NCBI GenBank assembly: GCA_043812955.1
Contig: JBDRLN010000040.1
Coordinates: 685-64,684 of the forward strand
Length of the DNA stretch: 64,000 nucleotides
Direction: 5' to 3'
From: Candidatus Omnitrophota bacterium
GTDB lineage: Bacteria > Omnitrophota > Gorgyraeia > Gygaellales > Profunditerraquicolaceae
Part shown: positions 26,308 to 35,464 of the stretch, piece by piece
Position numbering within the stretch: position 1 is the first letter of the stretch
Layout: the number at the start of each line of letters is the position of its first letter
Program-made: the position numbers and the translations under genes
The notes under the pieces: model-generated
Seen by the model: the letters and a program-made list of their open reading frames with translations, nothing else
Told to the model about the DNA's origin: nothing
The model's database searches: none

Positions 26308-27896
26308 ACGAGTATAAAATTTTCGGAAGACAGCATTATTTAGATATCCTGGAAAAGCGAATCAATGATTTTAAAGAAGGATACCGTCAGAATATCGCTA
26401 TTATAGGCGATGAATCCATCGGTAAGACTTCCCTGATTTTTGAATTCTTGCGTAAATTCTATGATAATAAGGTCGTTGCGGTATATCTTGAGGTAAGGCC
26501 TGAATCCTTAACTGTTTTCGGTAGAAGGTTTATCGGAGTACTGCTATATAATTTTCTGGTCAATAGCAATATTAATCTCAAGGAAGACCTCGATTTTTTA
26601 ATCAATAAATCCTATTCCTATATCCCTAAGACTTGCGGAAAAATACGTTCTATCCTCAGTGACCTGGAAAAAAGGAAAAAAGAGGATATTTTTTCCGATC
26701 TACTTTCGCTATTCGATCTTATATATCAGGAGACCGGAAAACTAAGCCTGGTGATCATGGATGAATTTCATAATTTTGACAATTCCGGGGCAAAGAAAAT
26801 ATATAGCGAATGGTCTAAGGGCCTGATGGTCGGAAAAAATACAATGTATATAATTTTAAGCTCCGCTGTCTCCCGGGCCAGGGCCTTGCTCTCTAAGGAG
26901 CTTTCGTTATTATTTGGTAATTTTCAGGTAATTGAGCTGGAGCCTTTTGACGCCCGGACAACTGAAGAATACCTCTCCTATAAATTGGAAGGGGTGAATA
27001 TCGAACCGGGGTTAAAGAATTTTCTGGCCCATTTTACGGCGGGTCACCCCTTTTACCTAGCGATCATAGCTGATCTTTTATTGAAATCTCCCGAGGCTAA
27101 TCCGGTGGATCTCTTAGAGGATATTCTTTTTGAATCCCCGGGTATATTAAATCAGCGATTTTATAATTATATTAAACGTTTTGAATCCGTCAAACACGGC
27201 AATGATTATATCTCTATTCTTTATTCAGTCTCCCGCGGACAGAATAAAATCAAAGATTTAATCCATATTACGCATAAGCCTAAAAAAGAACTGGAATCCC
27301 GGATAAATTATTTATTTAGCGTTGATGCCTTAAGCCGCAATGGAGATTTTCTTAGATTAAATGATAGGGTATTTAGTTTCTGGTTGAGGTATGTTTATCA
27401 GGAGAAGATGCGTTCCTTTACTTTTGACGCCCAGAATCAGAAATCGGTATTCCGGAAGAATATAGATGATATGGTTAGGGAATTCTTGGATAGCGCAGCA
27501 AAAAGCGTATCCCAAAGAATAAAAGAGTTGTTGAACCTTTTTGCCGATGATTCAATACAGGTTGAAAAAAAGAGGCTTAAACTTATCCATTTCCGCGAAA
27601 TAAAAAAGGTAGAGTTTAATAATTCCGGGATCAGGGAGGGCTTGATCTGCCGTTCCAGCGACAGTCTCTGGATAGTCGCGTTTAAACCCGGCTCTTTAAA
27701 TGAAATGGATATAAGTGAATTCGCCAGGGAATGTAAAAAGTACCGCTATAAACTCCAGAAAAAGATTATCATTACCTTGCGGGATATGGACGCCAACAGC
27801 CGTTTAAGGGCCTTAGAGGAGAAGATCACGACCTGGGATTTAAATAATTTAAACCAGATACTGGATCTGTATTCCCGGCCAAGGATAGTGGTATAA
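26304..27896 (+). CDS. P-loop ATPase of archaeal-ATPase type with helical/wHTH and C-terminal domains
   Basis: Walker A GDESIGKT, Walker B VIMDEFH, TAGHPFYL. Confidence 0.7.
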   Translation: MNEYKIFGRQHYLDILEKRINDFKEGYRQNIAIIGDESIGKTSLIFEFLRKFYDNKVVAVYLEVRPESLTVFGRRFIGVLLYNFLVNSNINLKEDLDFLINKSYSYIPKTCGKIRSILSDLEKRKKEDIFSDLLSLFDLIYQETGKLSLVIMDEFHNFDNSGAKKIYSEWSKGLMVGKNTMYIILSSAVSRARALLSKELSLLFGNFQVIELEPFDARTTEEYLSYKLEGVNIEPGLKNFLAHFTAGHPFYLAIIADLLLKSPEANPVDLLEDILFESPGILNQRFYNYIKRFESVKHGNDYISILYSVSRGQNKIKDLIHITHKPKKELESRINYLFSVDALSRNGDFLRLNDRVFSFWLRYVYQEKMRSFTFDAQNQKSVFRKNIDDMVREFLDSAAKSVSQRIKELLNLFADDSIQVEKKRLKLIHFREIKKVEFNNSGIREGLICRSSDSLWIVAFKPGSLNEMDISEFARECKKYRYKLQKKIIITLRDMDANSRLRALEEKITTWDLNNLNQILDLYSRPRIVV

Positions 27897-27908
27897 GGAA
27901 GGTGTGGG

Positions 27909-28403
27909 GTGAGGATCGGAGTAATCGCGGATACACACATACCGGATAGGGCCGCAAAGATACCGGATGATATTTTAAATGCCTTTATAGGCGTGGACAT
28001 AATTATCCATGTTGGCGATCTGACTGTCTTAAGCGTATTAGAAGAACTTAAAAAAATATGCTCTGATGTTAGGGTTGTCTCCGGCAACATGGATTGTATT
28101 CAGGTTTGTAATAAATTTCCGGAAAAAGAATTAATCAAGGTAGGCGAGGTTAAAATTGGAGTTATGCATGGGGCCGGGCCGCCGGACGGTTTAGTGGGTA
28201 TTTTAAGTGAGGCTTTTAAGAAAGATAAACCGGACCTGATCATATTCGGGCATTCGCACGCAGCGTTTAATGAAAAAAAAGGCAATATTATTTTTTTTAA
28301 TCCCGGAAGCCCAACTGACAAAGTATTTTCTTCCTACAATTCTTATGGTATGATAGAGATTAAGGGTAAGAATATTGACGCCAAGATCATTAAGTTAAAT
28401 TGA
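27909..28403 (+). CDS. YfcE-type metallophosphoesterase
   Basis: ADTH, HVGD, GNMD, HG, GHSH, NPGS. Confidence 0.9.
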   Translation: MRIGVIADTHIPDRAAKIPDDILNAFIGVDIIIHVGDLTVLSVLEELKKICSDVRVVSGNMDCIQVCNKFPEKELIKVGEVKIGVMHGAGPPDGLVGILSEAFKKDKPDLIIFGHSHAAFNEKKGNIIFFNPGSPTDKVFSSYNSYGMIEIKGKNIDAKIIKLN

Positions 28404-28408
28404 ACCTG

Positions 28409-28463
28409 TGTCCACCCCGTAGGTGGAGCCCACCTACGGGGTGGAGCCCACCTACGGGGTGGA
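28409..28463. repeat. TCCACCCCGTAGGTGGA REP-like triplet
   Basis: One forward and two reverse 17-nt units; doublet at 54469. Confidence 0.85.
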
Positions 28464-28490
28464 AATGGTTCCGTTAACCGAGTTAAATAA

Positions 28491-28973
28491 ATGGATAAAC
28501 TTTGGGCGCCCTGGCGGGTTAATTACGTGCAATCAAAGAAGGGTAGGGGGTGTGTGTTCTGTCAGGGATTAAAAAATCCAGACAAAAATTACGTTGTTTT
28601 TAAAACCGGGTATTCATTTTGTATTTTGAATATATATCCTTATAATAACGGGCATTTAATGGTTGGGCCTCTTAGGCATGTAGCGGATACCTCCCGGTTA
28701 AAGGAAGATGAGGCGTTGGATTTATTCCGGTCGCTAAACCAGGCAAAAAAGATATTGGATAAGATATTAAAGCCCCAGGGGTATAATCTAGGTATTAATT
28801 TAAAGGCTGTGGCTGGCGCCGGGGTTGCCGGGCATCTGCATATCCATATAGTGCCCCGCTGGAAAGGGGATACTAATTTTATGCCGGTGTTGGCAAAAAC
28901 CAAAGTGATATCCCAGTCGCTAAAGGAATTATATAAACAGTTAAAAGATGAGTACAAAAAAACAGGCAGTTGA
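28491..28973 (+). CDS. HIT family hydrolase
   Basis: LWAPWR, CVFC, YPYNNGH, HLHIHIVPRW. Confidence 0.92.
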   Translation: MDKLWAPWRVNYVQSKKGRGCVFCQGLKNPDKNYVVFKTGYSFCILNIYPYNNGHLMVGPLRHVADTSRLKEDEALDLFRSLNQAKKILDKILKPQGYNLGINLKAVAGAGVAGHLHIHIVPRWKGDTNFMPVLAKTKVISQSLKELYKQLKDEYKKTGS

Positions 28974-30102
28974 TTTTGAAGAAAGTTTTTTAGCGCCTTA
29001 CGCGATGAAAAGCGTAAATTCTAAGGGCAGGGTTTATACAGAAGTTGCCCATTCTTACCGTTCTGCTTATCAGAGGGATAGGGATAGGATTATCCATTCT
29101 GCCGCTTTCAGGAGACTGGAGTATAAAACTCAGGTATTTGTCAACCATGAAGGCGACTATTACCGGACCAGGTTAACCCATACTATAGAAGTAGCCCAGA
29201 TAGCCAGGACAATCGCTTATGCCCTGCGTTTGAATTTTGATTTAACCGAGGCTATTGCCCTGGCCCATGATTTAGGGCATACTCCTTTCGGCCATTCCGG
29301 AGAAGACGCCCTTAATGAATTAATGTTAAAATACGGTGGCTTTAATCACAACCTGCAGGGTTTAAGGGTTGTGGATATCCTGGAAGAGCGGTATCCGGAT
29401 TTTCCCGGGCTTAATTTGAGCTGGGAAGTAAGGGAAGGTATAGTCAAGCACTCTACTGCTTTTGATGTTGCCGCGCGAATAAATGATTTAGCGCCCGGTG
29501 AGATGCCTACCCTGGAGACCCAGATTGTTGATATTGCCGATGAAATTGCTTACGATAATCACGATATCGATGACGGCCTTACTTCCGGGCTTTTAAAAGA
29601 GGCGGATTTACAGGGGTTAGCGCTATGGAATAATATATCTAAGGATATTTCCCGAAAATATGCTAAAATAGAACCGGCAATAAAAAAATATCTGATTATC
29701 CGTTCATTGATCAATATACAGGTTACTGATCTTATCGAGCAGACTAAAGCTAATATAGGCCGGTTAAGGCTTAAATCTCATAAAGATGTAAAAAGGGCGG
29801 ATAAAAAAATAGTATCGTTTAGCCAGGGTTTGAATGAATTGCGGTTGCCTTTAAGGGATCTTTTAATTGATAAGCTCTACCGGCATTACCGGGTAGTCAG
29901 GATGAGCGATAAGGCCAAGCGTTTTATCAAGGAATTATTTAAAGTTTACATCTCCCGGCCGCAGGCCCTGCCGACAAATATTCAGAAACGTATCCCCAAG
30001 GATAACACCAGAAGGGCTATCTGCGATTATATCGCGGGGATGACAGACAGGTACGCATTAGATGAATACAAAAAATTATTTGACCCATACGAAAAGGTAT
30101 AA
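28948..30102 (+). CDS. dgt: dGTP triphosphohydrolase-like protein
   Basis: QRDRDRIIHS, RTRLTH, AHDLGHTPFGHSGE, DYIAGMTD. Confidence 0.93.
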   Translation: MSTKKQAVDFEESFLAPYAMKSVNSKGRVYTEVAHSYRSAYQRDRDRIIHSAAFRRLEYKTQVFVNHEGDYYRTRLTHTIEVAQIARTIAYALRLNFDLTEAIALAHDLGHTPFGHSGEDALNELMLKYGGFNHNLQGLRVVDILEERYPDFPGLNLSWEVREGIVKHSTAFDVAARINDLAPGEMPTLETQIVDIADEIAYDNHDIDDGLTSGLLKEADLQGLALWNNISKDISRKYAKIEPAIKKYLIIRSLINIQVTDLIEQTKANIGRLRLKSHKDVKRADKKIVSFSQGLNELRLPLRDLLIDKLYRHYRVVRMSDKAKRFIKELFKVYISRPQALPTNIQKRIPKDNTRRAICDYIAGMTDRYALDEYKKLFDPYEKV

Positions 30103-31123
30103 GACCTTAATCTCGTCTATACATAGCATATACCGGCTGGTAAATTCTACTTTTGAATTAAAGGATCTGATCATGCGCCTCGCCCGGCTTATCTGTCAGA
30201 TTTTCAATGCCAGGTTTTGCATGATCATGATCCTGGATCCCGGAAAAAAATATTCGGTTTTTAAGTTCACGATCAATAATAAAAAAAAGACCATCGTAGA
30301 TAAAAAACATAAAGTCTCCGGTGGGCTGGAGAAGAGGATCATCGTCAAGCTCTCAGCTGTGCGCAAGGATTATTGTTTAGGCCTGCCACTGATTGGAGAT
30401 GATATCGTTGGCGTACTTGTTCTAAAACGCTCTAAGAATGGAACTGTGTTTGATAACTACGACCAGGAGATATTAATGACTCTCCTGGAACAGGCGATGA
30501 TCGCTATTAAAAATCTGCAATTATACGAAGAACAGCAAAAGACTGTATTTGGCTCTATTAAGAGCTTAGTTACGCTTTTAGATATGCGGGTTCCCCAGGA
30601 GTACACCCACTCTCCTTATTTTAGCCGTTTAGTAGCGGCTATTGCCAGCCAGTTAGACTTGGACTTAAAACAGATAGAATCTCTAAAATACGCCAGCCTC
30701 TTGCATGATGCCGGAAAGATGGATATCCCCGTGGAGATTTTAACCAAAACCTCTAAGCTTACGCCTGAGGAGTATACGATTATTAAACGCCATCCGGTTA
30801 TGGGGGCGCAGATTTTAAGGCCTTTACAAATCTTAAGGCCGGCTATACCGATTATTATGCATCATCATGAAAAATATGACGGCACAGGGTATCCTTCTAA
30901 GCTGAAAAAAGGGCAGATCCCTCTGGGCGCCCGGATTATGGCGGTTGCCGATGCTTTTGAAGCTATGGTTTATGGCAGGCCTTACCGGGAGAGGATGAAT
31001 ATAGACTTGGCTATCCGAGAGATCAGAAAGAAGAGCGGTACTCAGTTTGACCCCAAGATAGTCGAGGCTTTTTTAAAAATATCCAAGAAAATCTCAAAAA
31101 AATACTTGCAATTTAACCGATAA
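30062..31123 (+). CDS. GAF + HD-GYP domain protein
   Basis: LHDAGK, HHEKYDGTGYP, AVADAF, RPYR, GTQFDP. Confidence 0.9.
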   Translation: MNTKNYLTHTKRYKTLISSIHSIYRLVNSTFELKDLIMRLARLICQIFNARFCMIMILDPGKKYSVFKFTINNKKKTIVDKKHKVSGGLEKRIIVKLSAVRKDYCLGLPLIGDDIVGVLVLKRSKNGTVFDNYDQEILMTLLEQAMIAIKNLQLYEEQQKTVFGSIKSLVTLLDMRVPQEYTHSPYFSRLVAAIASQLDLDLKQIESLKYASLLHDAGKMDIPVEILTKTSKLTPEEYTIIKRHPVMGAQILRPLQILRPAIPIIMHHHEKYDGTGYPSKLKKGQIPLGARIMAVADAFEAMVYGRPYRERMNIDLAIREIRKKSGTQFDPKIVEAFLKISKKISKKYLQFNR

Positions 31124-31146
31124 AGGATATATAATCTAAGTTTAAG

Positions 31147-31812
31147 ATGGAGAAGAATCGATCGTCACAGCTGGAATTATTTTCTCAAGGCAGAGACGCC
31201 TTAACTGATGGTGCCCCGCGCTGCGATGGATTTTTAGCCAGGATACATAATTACGAAAAGGTTATAATCGGAATAATAGCTTTTATTATTTCCGGAGCCA
31301 TTATTTTCTGTATTGGCGTGGAAAAAGGTAAAGCAATAGGCAGGGCTAATAGTTTTAAACGCTGGGATGTAGTTAGTAAGACTGCCGGCTTCACCCTGCC
31401 TGACCGGCAGGCAGTCGGCAAGCAGGCCTCAGCGGCAGTCAGGTCCGCTTTGCCTGTAGGTAGGCAGACCTTGCCGCTTAAGCCGCAAGAAACCTTAATC
31501 AAACCGGCCGCCCTTGAGAACGTAGCCCCTGCGCCGCAGCCAGTGATAAAGAAAGAAGAGTCGGCTGTTGCCTTAGAGTCAAAATCCACTGAATCTTATA
31601 CGGTTCAAGTCGCTTCTTACAAGAATAATATCACGGCTCAAAAAGAGGCTCAGAGGCTGCGTAAATCAGGATTAGAGTCTTTAGTTTTAGCCAAAGGGAA
31701 ATATTCAGTAGTCTGCATCGGCAGTTTTACCGAGAAGAACAAGGCCCAGGAAGTACTGTTAAAATTAAAAACCAAAAAACAATACCAGGATTGCTTATTA
31801 AGGAGGTTGTAA
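31147..31812 (+). CDS. Membrane-anchored SPOR domain protein
   Basis: TM helix, low-complexity linker, YTVQVASY..A..L..G..V.IG.F. Confidence 0.8.
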   Translation: MEKNRSSQLELFSQGRDALTDGAPRCDGFLARIHNYEKVIIGIIAFIISGAIIFCIGVEKGKAIGRANSFKRWDVVSKTAGFTLPDRQAVGKQASAAVRSALPVGRQTLPLKPQETLIKPAALENVAPAPQPVIKKEESAVALESKSTESYTVQVASYKNNITAQKEAQRLRKSGLESLVLAKGKYSVVCIGSFTEKNKAQEVLLKLKTKKQYQDCLLRRL

Positions 31813-31816
31813 GCTT

Positions 31817-32092
31817 ATGTCTATTCATCCGTCATTGAAGATTTCGGATCAGGATAATAAACAAAGGTCGGTATTAAAGCGTATTGAGCGGATTAAATTA
31901 ATGAAAGATAAAGGGCAGTGGAAAGAAGGCGATGAAGTTTTCGGTTTACCTAAGATCAAGACCTTAAGGATTAAGATCAAGAAAGAGAAGGTTGAGAAAA
32001 CCGAAACCACTGCCGCTCCCGGAGCAGATCCAGCTGCTGCTCCTATAGCTAAGGAACAGGCCTCATCAAAAGCACCCGCCGCCAAGGCTTAA
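31817..32092 (+). CDS. PVC-superphylum small basic protein
   Basis: MSIHPSLK..RSVLKRIERI..G.W..G..VFGLPK pattern. Confidence 0.82.
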   Translation: MSIHPSLKISDQDNKQRSVLKRIERIKLMKDKGQWKEGDEVFGLPKIKTLRIKIKKEKVEKTETTAAPGADPAAAPIAKEQASSKAPAAKA

Positions 32093-32112
32093 GGAAAAGA
32101 AATAGGTATTCT

Positions 32113-32727
32113 GTGCAGATAGTAGGGTTTTTAATATCTTTCGGGTTATTGATCATTGCTATGGTTGCGCATGAATATGCCCATGGCTGGATGGCCAACC
32201 GACTGGGAGATCCTACTGCTAAATATTCCGGAAGGCTTACCCTTAACCCCTTGGCTCACATCGATATTTTCGGTACCATTATTTTACCTTTAGTGCTTTT
32301 TATTTCTACCAACGGTGCGTTTGTTTTCGGAGCGGCCAAGCCCGTGCCGGTTAATTTCGCGGCCTTAAGAAACCCCAAGCGGGATATGATCTGGATAGGG
32401 GCCAGCGGGCCTTTGGCAAATCTGATTTTTGCTTTTATTCTGGCTTTGGTTTTAAAAATATTACCCGCTCCGGCACTCCTGGTTTTATTGTTAAGGAATC
32501 TGCTTATGATCAATGTGGTATTAGGAGTTTTTAATCTTATACCTTTGCCTCCATTGGATGGTTCGCGTATTTTGATGGGGCTTTTGCCTAAGGATCTGGC
32601 TTATAGTTATTCCCGGATAGAGCCTTACGGATTTATAGTTATTATCCTTTTATTAAGCCTGGGGTTTGTTGATTTTCTAATCTGGCCGCCGATAAATTTC
32701 ATAATCAATTTACTTTTTAGGCTATGA
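32113..32727 (+). CDS. Site-2 protease (M50)
   Basis: HEYAH, GRLTLNPLAHID, NLIPLPPLDG. Confidence 0.92.
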   Translation: MQIVGFLISFGLLIIAMVAHEYAHGWMANRLGDPTAKYSGRLTLNPLAHIDIFGTIILPLVLFISTNGAFVFGAAKPVPVNFAALRNPKRDMIWIGASGPLANLIFAFILALVLKILPAPALLVLLLRNLLMINVVLGVFNLIPLPPLDGSRILMGLLPKDLAYSYSRIEPYGFIVIILLLSLGFVDFLIWPPINFIINLLFRL

Positions 32728-33809
32728 GAAATATAAGAGTTAATCTTAAGGAGCGTTCCTATAATATCCGCATAGGTAGAGGCATATTATCCTCTCTGGG
32801 TATATATCTTAAGCGCCTGCATATCGGCAGGGACTGTTACATTATTACCAATGCCAGGCTCAAGAAAAAATATTCAAAATCTTTGGATCATCCCCTTACG
32901 CATTCAAGTTTTTCTTTAAGGTATAGGCTGATCCCGGATAGTGAAAAAAGTAAATCTCTGAAGTCAGCCTACGCAATACTTAAAGATCTGGCTGTTTTTG
33001 ATAAGAAGAAAAATATTTTTATCCTTAGCTTTGGGGGAGGGGTGATTGGAGATCTCTCTGGTTTTGTGGCCTCTATTTACCGCAGAGGGATTCCCTATGT
33101 TCAAATACCCACGACCTTACTGGCCCAGGTAGATTCCAGTATCGGAGGAAAGACCGCGGTTGATATGAGCGCGGCTAAGAATTTAGTCGGCGCGATTTAT
33201 CAGCCAAAAGGGGTAATTACCGATACCAGTCTTTTAAAAACTCTCTCCCAGCGCCAGATCAGATCCGGACTGGCTGAAATCATTAAATACGCTGTTATTA
33301 AAGATTCATTATTGTTTGATTATCTGGAAAAAAATAATAATTCCCTGCTCTCCTTAAAGAGCCCGGGCTTAGAATTTGTGATTGGCCGCTGCGTCAAGAT
33401 CAAGGCAGGCATCATTGAGAAGGATGAGTTTGAAAAAAAAGGTATTCGGACTATCCTGAATTTCGGGCATACTATCGGCCATGCTATTGAGACAGCCGGT
33501 GGCTATTCTAGGTATAATCACGGAGAAGCTATATCCTTAGGAATGCTGGTGGCTATGGATATAAGCCAGATGTTAGGCCTTACCTGTAAGTCAACAGTTA
33601 GTAAAATAGAGGCCCTGATTCAGAAAATTGGACTACCTTACCGGATTGAGAAGCTCAAGGCTAACGCTATTATCAATGCCCACTATCATGATAAGAAATT
33701 CCAAGGGAGCAAGAACAGGTTTGTGCTGGTTAAAGATATAGGTAAAGTAATGGTAGTAGAAAATGTGCCCTTGCCTGTAATCAGGAAAGCAATAAAGAAT
33801 AGATTTTAG
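32724..33809 (+). CDS. aroB: 3-dehydroquinate synthase
   Basis: GGGVIGD, PTTLLAQVDSSIGGKT, LNFGHTIGHAIE, HGEA. Confidence 0.96.
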   Translation: MRNIRVNLKERSYNIRIGRGILSSLGIYLKRLHIGRDCYIITNARLKKKYSKSLDHPLTHSSFSLRYRLIPDSEKSKSLKSAYAILKDLAVFDKKKNIFILSFGGGVIGDLSGFVASIYRRGIPYVQIPTTLLAQVDSSIGGKTAVDMSAAKNLVGAIYQPKGVITDTSLLKTLSQRQIRSGLAEIIKYAVIKDSLLFDYLEKNNNSLLSLKSPGLEFVIGRCVKIKAGIIEKDEFEKKGIRTILNFGHTIGHAIETAGGYSRYNHGEAISLGMLVAMDISQMLGLTCKSTVSKIEALIQKIGLPYRIEKLKANAIINAHYHDKKFQGSKNRFVLVKDIGKVMVVENVPLPVIRKAIKNRF

Positions 33810-34115
33810 AAGCTTTCCTAGCTTTGCAGCAAGTATTTTCTGCCACTAATTTGTTTGTAATGAATTTGGGTAAATTCCTTTACATTGGTTTAAATTTTAT
33901 AGGGAAAGCTTCTGATTACAGAGATTAAATGCAGATTACACAGATTAATTAGCGACGAAGAATCGCTGGAATCTTTTTTCCCGCCATGTTAATTAAAATA
34001 GCTACCGGGATCCCGCCGGCTATAAGATTTGCTTGGCGGGAAAAATCTCCGTAATCAAGTTCTTTCCCTTTTGCTACAAACTTAGGAAAGAACTCTATTT
34101 AAGATTACACAGATT
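33808..34115. repeat. Cluster of nested repeats in the aroB-guaB3 spacer
   Basis: AGAAGCTTTCC/GGAAAGCTTCT IR, GATTACACAGATT-type units and inverse, twin hairpin 33979-34041, AGTTCTTTCC/GGAAAGAACT IR. Confidence 0.7.
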
Positions 34116-34194
34116 CCTTCGACGCGATTTTAATCTTTTAATCAGAGATTGCTGTATTATTTAGGAATATTTCAAACAATCTCAGATTCAAGGG

Positions 34195-34223
34195 TTGACA
34201 AAAAACAAATATTGTTATAAAAT
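34195..34223 (+). promoter_or_regulatory. gua operon promoter
   Basis: TTGACA-N17-TAAAAT. Confidence 0.65.
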
Positions 34224-34303
34224 TAAACCTTAAATAAACACAGAAAAGGGAATTTAAGTTATAACATATTGATATATAATAGTTTAAGTAAAAAGGAGCG
34301 ATA

Positions 34304-35464
34304 ATGGGTGAATGGATAGGGATGGCCAGAAGGGCTCGCAGGTGTTACGGGTTTGACGAGATTGCTTTAGTTCCGGGTACGCAAACAGTGAATCCGAATG
34401 AAGTTGACACTAGTTTTGAGATTGCCGGGAAGAAATTTAAAGTTCCGATTATGGCCGCAGCTATGGATGGCGTTGTGGATGTCAAATTCGCCGTGGAGAT
34501 GTCCAAACTCGGTGGGATAGCGGTTTTAAACCTGGATGGGATACAGACCAGGTATGTTAATCCGGACCTGGTTCTGGAAAAAATAGCTAAAGCCTCTCCT
34601 CAGGAAGCTACCGAATTAATGCAGGCAGTATATACCAAGCCGATCAAGGATAAATTGATCTCCAAGAGAATCTTAGAAATTAAAAGAAATAAAGGGACAG
34701 CTGTAGTCAGTTGTATACCGGCGCATGCTGAAAAGTTCGCCAAGATTGCTCAAGGCTCCGGAGTAGATATTTTTGTGGTTCAGTCAACAGTTACTACGCC
34801 TAAGCATGTGGCTCGTGAATATAAAAGCCTGGATCTGTTTAAATTCTGTAAATCCTTAAAAGTTCCGGTAATCCTGGGAAACTGTGTTACTTATGAGACT
34901 ACTTTGGATTTGATGGATACCCAGGCCTCCGGCTTATTAATTGGCGTAGGCCCTGGCGCAGCCTGCACTACTCGCGGGGTATTGGGTATTGGTGTGCCTC
35001 AGGTTACCGCTACAGTGGATGCTGCTGCTGCCCGGGATTTCTATTTTAAACGCACCGGCAGGTATGTCGCTATTATTACTGATGGCGGCATGAACCGGGG
35101 AGGAGATATCTGCAAGGGCTTTGCCTGCGGAGCAGACGCAGTAATGATCGGATCTAGTTTTGCTCGGGCAATAGAGGCTCCGGGAAGAGGGTATCACTGG
35201 GGCATGGCTACATCGCATGTAAATCTACCTCGGGGTACCCGGATTTACGTAGGTTCGACCGGCAGGCTTAAAGAGATACTCTTTGGCCCGGCAAAAGTCG
35301 ATGACGGTTCCCAAAATCTCATGGGCGCTTTAAAAACTTCCATGGGTTCTTTAGGGGTTTCTAATATTAAACAGATGCATGATGTGGAGATAATTATCGC
35401 TCCTACTATACAGACTGAAGGCAAGATCTTTCAGGTGGGCCAGAAAGTAGGGATGGGAAAATGA
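34304..35464 (+). CDS. GuaB3-family IMP dehydrogenase-related protein
   Basis: YGFDEIALVPG, GVGPGAACTTRGVLGIGVPQ, HWGMAT; no CBS pair; precedes guaA. Confidence 0.88.
   Translation: MGEWIGMARRARRCYGFDEIALVPGTQTVNPNEVDTSFEIAGKKFKVPIMAAAMDGVVDVKFAVEMSKLGGIAVLNLDGIQTRYVNPDLVLEKIAKASPQEATELMQAVYTKPIKDKLISKRILEIKRNKGTAVVSCIPAHAEKFAKIAQGSGVDIFVVQSTVTTPKHVAREYKSLDLFKFCKSLKVPVILGNCVTYETTLDLMDTQASGLLIGVGPGAACTTRGVLGIGVPQVTATVDAAAARDFYFKRTGRYVAIITDGGMNRGGDICKGFACGADAVMIGSSFARAIEAPGRGYHWGMATSHVNLPRGTRIYVGSTGRLKEILFGPAKVDDGSQNLMGALKTSMGSLGVSNIKQMHDVEIIIAPTIQTEGKIFQVGQKVGMGK

Noticed and set aside
27909-30102. Anti-phage nucleotide-depletion system (dGTPase, HIT, phosphoesterase)
   Set aside because: The proteins look like ordinary housekeeping family members in a core-gene context without island features
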